Shown piece after piece: positions 11,251-18,943 of a stretch of DNA of 64,000 bases; the first letter of the stretch is position 1; each line of letters opens with the position of its first letter. The translations under genes were made by a program, and so were the position numbers. This stretch comes from Methanotrichaceae archaeon (GTDB taxonomy: Archaea > Halobacteriota > Methanosarcinia > Methanotrichales > Methanotrichaceae), in assembly GCA_963748825.1 (NCBI GenBank), contig CAVVKN010000013.1, positions 33,195 to 97,194 of the forward strand, in the 5' to 3' direction. The notes beneath the pieces were generated by a model that had not been told where the DNA came from, made no database searches, and saw nothing but the letters and a program-made list of their open reading frames with translations.

Positions 11251-12260
11251 ATGTGTGAATCGAAAACCATCTGGTGGGACGACGGCCTGTGGCTGATCGA
11301 TCAGACCCGGCTTCCCGCCGAGCTATTGCCCCTCCGCATAAAAAGCGTCCGGCAGCTCATCGAAGCCATCAAGACCCTGCGCGTGCGCGGCGCGCCTGCT
11401 CTCGGGGCCGCCGGAGCCTATGGGATAGCGCTGGCAGCCGAGCTCTCCGGGGCTTCCAATGCCTTGGAGTTGATGGGTGAGCTGGAGAATGCCGCAGATA
11501 TGATCAAGGGCTCGCGCCCCACAGCCATCAACCTATCCTGGGGCGTGGATAGAGCGATGCGAGCGGCGGCCTTTCAGGAGACGGCAGAAGAGATTCGTGT
11601 TGCGGCTCTTCGTGAGGCGGAGGAGATCGCCGAGGAGGATATCCGCATCAATAAGCTCCTTGGAAAGAATGGAGCTAAGCTTCTAGATGACGGCGATAAT
11701 GTCCTCACCCACTGTAATGCCGGAAGGCTTGCCTGCGTGGGCTGGGGTACGGCTTTGGGGGTCATCCGCTCAGCAGTTGCCGCAGGAAAGCACATCCATG
11801 TCTATGCCTGCGAGACCCGGCCTTTGCACCAGGGCTCGCGCCTGACTGCCTGGGAGTTGGCCCAGGACGAAATTCCGGTTACGCTCATCTGCGACAGCAT
11901 GTCCGGCAGCCTGATGAGGAAGGGCAAAATCGATAAGGTCATCGTGGGTGCCGATCGCATCACCAGGGATGCCGTCTTCAACAAGATCGGAACCTACAGC
12001 CACGCTGTTTTGGCCAGGTATCATAAGATCCCCTTCTATGTGGCCGCGCCGCTCTCCACCTTCGATCGCCTGCATAGTGAAGAGGACATCGTCGTGGAGG
12101 AGCGAGATGCGAGGAGGTATGCAGCATGGCGGGCGTGCAACTCGCGCCCCAGGGCATCGACGTTTACAATCCGGCCTTCGATGCCACGCCTCTGGAGCTG
12201 ATATCCGGCCTGATCACGGAGAAGGGAGTCTTCCGCCTGCCACTTATGCCGCCGATCTGA
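11251..12260 (+). CDS. mtnA: S-methyl-5-thioribose-1-phosphate isomerase (one-base frameshift near 12110)
   Basis: [45 protein letters not shown]. The conserved C-terminus [39 protein letters not shown] continues in another frame after ERDA. Confidence 0.85.
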
Positions 12261-12293
12261 AAAGCATTTTAAGAGGGAGGGCCAAATGCTCTT

Positions 12294-13049
12294 ATGAATC
12301 CTGATCTGGCCGTCATCGGCGGCGTGGGCTTCGCCCTGGAAGGGCTGGATGACGAGGTGGAGACGCCCTATGGCAGAGTTCCCATTGTTCGTTCCAGGAT
12401 GAAGGGACAGAAGATTGTCTTCATCTCCCGCCATGGAGACCGCCACCTTCCTCCCCACAAAGTCAACTACCGGGCCATCGTCTCCGCCGCCAGGATATCG
12501 GGCGTCGGCGCGATCATCTCCACCAACACCGTGGGCAGCATGGCCGGGCACTCCCTGGGCAGCATCTTTTTGCCGGGCGACTTTGTGGAGTTCACCAAAT
12601 GCCGGCCCAATACCTTCTTTGAAGAAAAGGCCGTTCACGTGGATATGAGCCGGCCGTATTGTCCAGTGCTTCGCAATTCTCTGGCCGAGGCGGCCCGCTC
12701 GCTTGGCCAGCAGGTCGCAGAGGGCGTCTACGTCTGTGCCGAAGGCCCGCATCTGGAGTCGCCCGCCCAGATCAGAATGATGCGCCAGTTCGGGGATGTA
12801 GTGGGCATGACCGGCTATCCCGAGGTAGTCTTGGCCAGGGAGGCGGCGCTTTGTTATGCGTCGCTGTGCATCATCACCAATCCCGCCGCCGGAATGGCGG
12901 GCGCAAGCGACCTCGCTATCTCTGAGATCGCCGATATGATGAATAAGTGCCGGGAGACTGTTCGGGAGATAATCTATCATGCGGCGCAAAATATTCCTGA
13001 TCAGCGGTCATGCGGCTGCAAAGATGCCCTTTCCGGTGCCGCTATCTAG
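12294..13049 (+). CDS. mtnP: MTAP-family purine nucleoside (methylthioadenosine/methylthioinosine) phosphorylase
   Basis: TPYG, SRHG..H..PPHKVNYRA, EGPHLES, VVGMTGYPE. Adjacent to mtnA. Confidence 0.85.
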   Translation: MNPDLAVIGGVGFALEGLDDEVETPYGRVPIVRSRMKGQKIVFISRHGDRHLPPHKVNYRAIVSAARISGVGAIISTNTVGSMAGHSLGSIFLPGDFVEFTKCRPNTFFEEKAVHVDMSRPYCPVLRNSLAEAARSLGQQVAEGVYVCAEGPHLESPAQIRMMRQFGDVVGMTGYPEVVLAREAALCYASLCIITNPAAGMAGASDLAISEIADMMNKCRETVREIIYHAAQNIPDQRSCGCKDALSGAAI

Positions 13050-13095
13050 CTCATCTCTGTCTTGATAGAGACTGTTTGTGTGGGTGATAATAACC

Positions 13096-13878
13096 ATGCC
13101 TGAACTTCCTGAGGTGGAGATGGCTCGCAGGTATTTGGAGGCCACGGCGCGCCACCAGACCATCCGGGCTGCCGAGGTCAAGGACGGGCGCATCCTGGCC
13201 AAAGTATCGGCAAAAGATCTGGAGGATGCCCTTGTCGGGAAGCAGTTTCACTGTGCCTTGCGGCATGGAAAGAGGCTCTTTTTGAAGCTGCACAATTCGC
13301 TCTGGCTGGCGCTTCATCTGGGCCTCACGGGAAGTCTAATCTATCTGGAAAGCGGGGCAAAGGAGCCCCGTCACACCCGCCTGCTGATATCGTTCGAAAA
13401 CGGCAATAGCCTGGCCTTCGATGATCCCAGGATCTTCGGCGAGGTGGGCCTCGCAAAAAGTCCCGAAGCTTTTTTAGTGGAGCGAAAGATCGGACCGGAT
13501 GCCCTGCAACTTGACCGGGAGGGCTTTTTAAAGATCATGAGCGGCAGAAAAGGCCTGATCAAACCCGCCCTGCTCAATCAGAGTCTTATCGCGGGCCTGG
13601 GCAATCTTTATGCGGATGAGGCTCTTTTTCAGGCAGGCATCTGTCCAAAAACTCGCGGCCTGGACAGTGTGCAGCTTGCGGTCCTCTTTTCATCTATTCA
13701 GGAGGTTTTGAGGACAGCTCTTTCCACTCATGCCGATCTAGAAAAGCTGCCCGATTCCTATCTCCTGCTCCACCGCCATCCAGGAGGTACGTGCCCTCGG
13801 GACGGTGCTCTTCTCTGCCGCGAGAAGATCGGTGGGCGGACCAGCTATTTTTGCCAGGAGCATCAGAAAAAAGTATAA
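13096..13878 (+). CDS. mutM: Fpg/Nei family DNA glycosylase (formamidopyrimidine-DNA glycosylase)
   Basis: N-terminal MPELPEVE, RHGK, HLGLTG, DPRIFG, H2TH LLNQSLIAGLGNLYADE, C-terminal finger with GGRTS. Confidence 0.88.
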   Translation: MPELPEVEMARRYLEATARHQTIRAAEVKDGRILAKVSAKDLEDALVGKQFHCALRHGKRLFLKLHNSLWLALHLGLTGSLIYLESGAKEPRHTRLLISFENGNSLAFDDPRIFGEVGLAKSPEAFLVERKIGPDALQLDREGFLKIMSGRKGLIKPALLNQSLIAGLGNLYADEALFQAGICPKTRGLDSVQLAVLFSSIQEVLRTALSTHADLEKLPDSYLLLHRHPGGTCPRDGALLCREKIGGRTSYFCQEHQKKV

Positions 13879-13984
13879 CATTTGCATTTGGCGCGATTGG
13901 GGCTACACATTGGGCACAAATTTATCAACCACAATGCAGCGAATTGCCGTATTGGTGAACCATCATGCATTGCCTGCGATCGCG

Positions 13985-14056
13985 CCCGCTTTTGTCGGGG
14001 CCGATTCTCCGAATGTGCCCCTGCTCAGGCAGTTTGGCAATCTGCTTTTTTGCCCG
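13985..14056 (-). pseudogene. Remnant of a C-terminal winged-helix tail (IRRIGPDKxG)
   Basis: Minus strand reads RAKKQIAKLPEQGHIRRIGPDKSG, resembling the ..LRRIGPDKGGxW end of Fic/ATP-binding HTH proteins. There is no start codon or upstream body. Confidence 0.45.
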
Positions 14057-14152
14057 AAAAAAAAATGAAAGAAAGTTAAGAATAAATAGTACGAAACAAG
14101 TAAGAGTCATGTCCAGCAGCTTCTTTAAAATCACAGCTGCCGACGAGGAGGG

Positions 14153-14551
14153 ATGGAGATTAAGGAAGCAGGAGAAGTTTTTTGCAATGTGATCGATCGG
14201 TCGGTGCTGGCCAGCCTCCGAGAGCTGCAAGATGAGGGTGATCCAGATATCATCGCCGAAGTGGGCGGTCTTTTCATCAAGCATTCGCCTGAGAAGGTAA
14301 ATGCCATTATGCAGTCTGTGGAAAACGGGGACGCCAAGGGGCTGCAGATAGCTGCCCATAGCCTGAAGTCCAGCAGCGCTTACGTAGGTGCGATGCACCT
14401 TTCGGCCTTGGCCAAGGAACTGGAGCTGATGGGGCGGTCCGATTCACTGGAGGGAGCAAGGGAGTTGGCGCAAAGGCTGAAGACGGAGTTTATGCAGGTC
14501 ACGACTGCTCTTGAAGCGGAGATCAATGAGCAAGGCAAAGACGGTTTGTGA
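14153..14551 (+). CDS. Hpt (histidine phosphotransfer) domain protein
   Basis: AAHSLKSSSAYVGA Hpt motif. Confidence 0.88.
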   Translation: MEIKEAGEVFCNVIDRSVLASLRELQDEGDPDIIAEVGGLFIKHSPEKVNAIMQSVENGDAKGLQIAAHSLKSSSAYVGAMHLSALAKELELMGRSDSLEGARELAQRLKTEFMQVTTALEAEINEQGKDGL

Positions 14552-15209
14552 TCGCGTTTATGCTGTAGGTGGATCAGGCCTCTCCGCGCCCGAAGATGCA
14601 TTCGTCTATCTGGTGGATGCAGGATCCGAGCTGGTGCTGATCGATTCCGGAGTAGGCTACGGGATCAGTAGAATTGAGGACAATATCCGGTCGCTGGGCT
14701 TTGAGCCCGCCGGTGTCTGGCATATAATTGCCACCCACTGCCATATCGATCATATCGGGGGCCTTTTCGCTTGGAAGGAGCGCTACGGTTCTAAGATAAT
14801 TGCCCACGAGCAGGACCGGGCGGGAATTGAGGGCGAGAACAACGAGCTTACTGCGGCTAGCATGTACGGTGTGGACTACAAACCGGTCAAAGTGGACACG
14901 CTCCTCAAGGGAGAGGCGGAAAAGCTTACCATTGGTGATTTGGAATTTAATTTTCTGCACACGCCTGGGCACACGCCCGGCAGCATCTGCGTTTACATCG
15001 ATACTAAGGACGGGCGGGTCTTATTCGGGCAGGACATTCACGGGCCGTTCTCGCCTGCCTGGGGCTCGGATCTGAAGAAGTGGCGCGTTTCCATGCAAAA
15101 GCTGATCGCGCTGAAAGCGGATGTGCTCTGCGAGGGGCATGCAGGCATTTACCGGGGCGAGAAGGTCGGGAAGTACATAGAGTCGTATTTGAAGAGATAC
15201 GAGTCTTGA
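14526..15209 (+). CDS. MBL-fold metallo-hydrolase
   Basis: THCHIDHIGG (HxHxDH), TPGHTPG, LFGQD, EGH. Confidence 0.9.
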   Translation: MSKAKTVCDRVYAVGGSGLSAPEDAFVYLVDAGSELVLIDSGVGYGISRIEDNIRSLGFEPAGVWHIIATHCHIDHIGGLFAWKERYGSKIIAHEQDRAGIEGENNELTAASMYGVDYKPVKVDTLLKGEAEKLTIGDLEFNFLHTPGHTPGSICVYIDTKDGRVLFGQDIHGPFSPAWGSDLKKWRVSMQKLIALKADVLCEGHAGIYRGEKVGKYIESYLKRYES

Positions 15210-15238
15210 AATATTTAACATCCGTCTGAATTGTTGAG

Positions 15239-15487
15239 GTGATGCATATAACCAGCAAGTCATGGATCATAATATTTGCAGTGGTACTGATTGCAGGAGC
15301 AATATTTTTTTCCGATGGTCCAAAATCATCTACATCCAGAGATAGCTTTAGTTCGGCAGGCATTCCCGAGGACTATTATTTCAGCCAGCAGGCTGCCGAC
15401 ATAGACAGCCCCATTGAACTGGTTCGTTTTGCCACCAGCATCAAGCCGGATGCAAGCAGCCTGGACATCCCAATGAAAGCTGCCTAG
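15239..15487 (+). CDS. Short membrane-anchored hypothetical protein, possibly truncated
   Basis: GAGGTG SD and an N-terminal TM helix. The 3' end overlaps the convergent hydrolase by 47 nt. Confidence 0.4.
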   Translation: MMHITSKSWIIIFAVVLIAGAIFFSDGPKSSTSRDSFSSAGIPEDYYFSQQAADIDSPIELVRFATSIKPDASSLDIPMKAA

Positions 15488-16817
15488 GATCATTGAAATA
15501 AACCTGGACTTCTGTAGAGTTCAGTCCAGCCGTAAAGAATGCTTTTCTGAATTCGCGATAGTAATCCGGATACTTCTGGAGATGGTGAACGTCATCGAAT
15601 ACCGCTAATCTTGAATGAGGATACGAGTTGCTGACCCAGTGCCCCATTTGGTCTGCAAAATCCTGATCCGCAGTTCCCGACCACACCATTACCTCTCCGC
15701 TGTAGCGCGAGCGGTTCAACGCGAATCGCATTATCTGGATTTTTCCTTCATCATGGGCTTTCATAAAATCTGCAAGAAAAACTTTTGCCCACTCGTATCC
15801 CAGACAGACCTCTTGTGCACAAGCTGGATGGTAGTTCTCTATATCCACACCCATCAATTCATATATGCGTACTTTAACTTCCAGCTCCCCTGGTGCATCA
15901 AGGAGCAAGTGCATCAATGAGAAATTATAGGTGGGTGTGAGCCAGTTTTTTAGATATGTGAATTTATCTCCTAATGCAAACATATCCGTCTTGCTGTTAA
16001 TTATTCTTTTTTGTAAATTAAAATCGCCCTCCAGGCCAATCTTAAACAGCATGAATGCCAAGGATGCAGTCGCATCTCCTTTTTGAGATAATGCAAAGTA
16101 AGAGTTCGCTACACTCGGGTTTGATTCGTATGTATATTTCATAAAAGTTGTATTATGCTCTCTCGCCAGATCCGGGCCACCGCTCGACTCAATCAGCGCA
16201 CGGGATACATGGTCTCCATATTTGTCCAAATATTGCTGCACTAAAACTCCGCCGCCTGAGACACCATAGACCATGATTTTGCCGTCTTTCGGCAGCAAAC
16301 CCTTCCTTTGCATGTCCTGTCGTACAGCTTCGATATCGTCTATCTGTTCGTTTGAGCCATAGAGTTTTAGCGCCAATGGATAATTTACTGAGCGGTCTTT
16401 GTTGAATACCTCTGGAAATAATGTAGGACTTACGCCGCGATTTCCTATGAGCACGTAAGATAGTCCGCCTATATTTTCATCGAAATATTCAAAATCCTTC
16501 GGAGAGTTAATCATTCCGACCATTTCTTGTTGGTTATCACAGAGCCAAAAGACCACATTGTCGCCAGTTTTGAATTTGGGATTCAAAAGGTAAAAATCTG
16601 TAAAGTTGCCGAGAGAATGATCCTGATGATCGATGGGGATCTGTATGTAACGATGATTTTCATCCGGCGGCATCTCGGGATAGTAGCTGCCTGCGGCTAG
16701 ACGAGTGGTCGGCACCGCATTAAACGCCTGATATTCATGCCAGCCATAAATTCCACCAGCGACGAAAATTACAAAAAGCAAAATGATGGGTATTTTCCTG
16801 TTCATATTCCAGTTCAT
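15441..16817 (-). CDS. Membrane-anchored/secreted alpha/beta hydrolase (peptidase S33-like)
   Basis: N-terminal TM, GNRG, DDIEAVR, YGVSGGG nucleophile, C-terminal D and HH. AT-richer than its flanks. Confidence 0.75.
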   Translation of the reverse strand: MNWNMNRKIPIILLFVIFVAGGIYGWHEYQAFNAVPTTRLAAGSYYPEMPPDENHRYIQIPIDHQDHSLGNFTDFYLLNPKFKTGDNVVFWLCDNQQEMVGMINSPKDFEYFDENIGGLSYVLIGNRGVSPTLFPEVFNKDRSVNYPLALKLYGSNEQIDDIEAVRQDMQRKGLLPKDGKIMVYGVSGGGVLVQQYLDKYGDHVSRALIESSGGPDLAREHNTTFMKYTYESNPSVANSYFALSQKGDATASLAFMLFKIGLEGDFNLQKRIINSKTDMFALGDKFTYLKNWLTPTYNFSLMHLLLDAPGELEVKVRIYELMGVDIENYHPACAQEVCLGYEWAKVFLADFMKAHDEGKIQIMRFALNRSRYSGEVMVWSGTADQDFADQMGHWVSNSYPHSRLAVFDDVHHLQKYPDYYREFRKAFFTAGLNSTEVQVYFNDPRQLSLGCPGCLHPA

Positions 16818-16903
16818 ATTTTAAAAAACCTCGAAAACGGCAATTGTGACATAAAGATCCACAGTTGGCACCAAGCGTTGAGCCAATAATAATATTGTGG
16901 TGG

Positions 16904-17482
16904 TCAATTGGATTCTTTGTTCGCATGCAAAGCCGCTCGCGCCACAAGCCTCGCCACTCGCACAGGTTCGGGGATGCGACCATCCAGGATGAACTTGTTG
17001 AGCAAAACCCTGGCATCCTCGGTGGACAGGCCGAGCACCCGCACATAAACCTCAAATCCGGTTCTGAGCCGCACGCTCACGCGCGCGCTCAGGTGTACGT
17101 AGCGGCGAAGCTTCTCCGCTGGGTTTGGGAAATACTCGCGAATGTATTTTTCCAGGCCGGGAGATTCCTCGTAAGTCAGGCAGATCAATGGCCGTTCTGT
17201 CTTTTCGAAGACCTCCTGCAGATCGATGATGTTAAACCAGCTTAAGGCCGCGCCGCTGAGCAGAAGGGCGTTGATATCCGCCCTGTCCAGTTGCCGGTAA
17301 AGGTTGAGCACGGCCTCTGTGCCATCGTCGCCACCCACGGTGGCATGGGCATAGGCCAGGCCGTCCACGCGCAGGTCGGCGCGCATGACCACGCCTGCCA
17401 AAATGCTGGTGGAGCGAGAGCGTACAAAGCTCTCCGCAATCCCTAAAACTCGCAGAGCAGGCTTGTTGAGATGAAGGGACAT
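16904..17482 (-). CDS. DUF99 family protein (endonuclease V-like / endonuclease dU)
   Basis: RVLGIAESF, VGGDDGT, SWFNIID, GRIPEPVRVA. Confidence 0.8.
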   Translation of the reverse strand: MSLHLNKPALRVLGIAESFVRSRSTSILAGVVMRADLRVDGLAYAHATVGGDDGTEAVLNLYRQLDRADINALLLSGAALSWFNIIDLQEVFEKTERPLICLTYEESPGLEKYIREYFPNPAEKLRRYVHLSARVSVRLRTGFEVYVRVLGLSTEDARVLLNKFILDGRIPEPVRVARLVARAALHANKESN

Positions 17483-17484
17483 GG

Positions 17485-17793
17485 CTATTCTACCTTTATC
17501 CTGGCAGTTCCTCGCGCTTTTTCCAGGACATCTCTCAGGGGTGCAGCCAGCTCAAAAATGGCCTCGATGGTCATCGGCTCTCCATCAAAGGATACTGCAT
17601 ATTGTCCTGTCGGCTCTATGATGAGCATGGCCTGTGGGGTGATCTGGATTGCCTGGACCCTGTCCTCACAGGTCTTTAGAATTGAGATTCTCATCACGGG
17701 CCAGATGGTTCTATTGCCCGCTACTATCTCCTTGCCCACGAAAATCCGCATATCCATCTCGGGGAGCCTGATATTCTCCGGAGTCATGACCAC
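17485..17793 (-). CDS. GerW/YtfJ-like small protein
   Basis: VGKEIVAGNRTIWPV..ITPQAMLII resembles the YtfJ fold. Clustered with DUF2953 and a second YtfJ-like gene. Confidence 0.55.
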   Translation of the reverse strand: MVMTPENIRLPEMDMRIFVGKEIVAGNRTIWPVMRISILKTCEDRVQAIQITPQAMLIIEPTGQYAVSFDGEPMTIEAIFELAAPLRDVLEKARGTARIKVE

Positions 17794-18527
17794 CCCAGCA
17801 CCTCTCTCAAGAGCAATCTAATCTCTCTCTCCCGCAGTCCCTGGATCACGGCAAAGACGGCCCACCACAGTCTAACCTCGATCTCAGCTACGAGTTCCCC
17901 CTCCAGCCGCTCTCCCTCAAACCAGGGCTCAATGAAGATCTTTGATTGAATGAGGCCGAGCACTGATGCCAAAGACCAGAGGTAGCCGCTGATAATAGCC
18001 GTTTGGGCGGGATCGTCCAGGCCAAAGCATAAGCGGCAGGAGATCTTCTTAAAGAGGATAGTCTTGGTCAGATCCAGGAGGATATTTGCCAGGGCGGGAG
18101 CGGCATTGATCAGAGATTGAATTTTTGGAGACCGCACGACACCCGCCTTCTGATTGTCCTCTGAATTGTCGATTTCGCTTCTTTCCTCTAGCTTTGCCTC
18201 TCTTCCCACCTCCTTTTTGCTTTCCTCGCCTTTTACTTCTTGCTCTCTGTCCTTTGCCTCTTGGTCGATCTTTTCATCTCGCTCTTCTTTTCCAGCTTCC
18301 TCTTTCCAGACGGATGCCAGCAAATCGCCGGCTGATTGGGGGGAAATCTCCTCCTTCTTTAAAGTCAGCCCAAGCCAGGCCAGCTTAATACTACCCTCTA
18401 CCAGTGGTCCCTTCTTGCCGATATTAAGGGCGAGATTAAAAGGAGCGAGGAGAAGAAGAGCTAAAGGAATGATAAAAAGCAAGAAAAATACGGCTAGATA
18501 AGAAAACTGCATCCTTTGAAGCCTCAA
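17784..18527 (-). CDS. DUF2953 (YtfI-like) membrane protein
   Basis: N-terminal TM, charged linker, FGLDDPAQTA motif. Confidence 0.7.
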   Translation of the reverse strand: MRLQRMQFSYLAVFFLLFIIPLALLLLAPFNLALNIGKKGPLVEGSIKLAWLGLTLKKEEISPQSAGDLLASVWKEEAGKEERDEKIDQEAKDREQEVKGEESKKEVGREAKLEERSEIDNSEDNQKAGVVRSPKIQSLINAAPALANILLDLTKTILFKKISCRLCFGLDDPAQTAIISGYLWSLASVLGLIQSKIFIEPWFEGERLEGELVAEIEVRLWWAVFAVIQGLREREIRLLLREVLGWS

Positions 18528-18535
18528 GCCTGCTG

Positions 18536-18925
18536 CTATTCTACATTGATGGCGGCCACATTTTCAGCTCTTTTTTCTCTATGGCCTATTATTCTCTCCA
18601 TAAAGACCTGAGCGATGTCGGATAACGATTCACCCGGCGGCAACAAGGGAACAACCTTCACGCCCTCCGGCCCAGAGATACCTTTGAAGACGATCACCAC
18701 AGCGACAGGAAAGACTCCCACTCCCCCGCCAGTTCCGTACCTCTCCCGAACTTCTTTGCTTACATCCGGGCCTGTTCGGCCTATTTTGGTGCCAAAGCCC
18801 AGGCCCATCTTTGTGATAGGAATGATGATCTTGTCCTCCAACTCAATCGGCTCACCGATTAACTGGGCCGAGAGAGCCTCGAATAGTTCATCAAGAGTGG
18901 CTTTTTTGGCATCAACGCCGGGCAT
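18536..18925 (-). CDS. GerW/YtfJ family protein
   Basis: LIGEPI..IIIPITKMGLGFG..GTGGGVGVFPVAVVIV. Confidence 0.75.
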   Translation of the reverse strand: MPGVDAKKATLDELFEALSAQLIGEPIELEDKIIIPITKMGLGFGTKIGRTGPDVSKEVRERYGTGGGVGVFPVAVVIVFKGISGPEGVKVVPLLPPGESLSDIAQVFMERIIGHREKRAENVAAINVE

Positions 18926-18943
18926 CTATATCTCCTTTAATAA

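Noticed and set aside
12036-12989. Long antisense ORFs (e.g. 12036..12989, 20594..21379, 24542..25567, 30771..31490)
   Set aside because: These are shadow ORFs opposite well-supported GC-rich genes and carry no motifs.
13880-13950. Ferredoxin remnant (HCG**ICAQCVAPIAPNA on the minus strand)
   Set aside because: The Cys spacing is incomplete and interrupted by stops, too weak to support.
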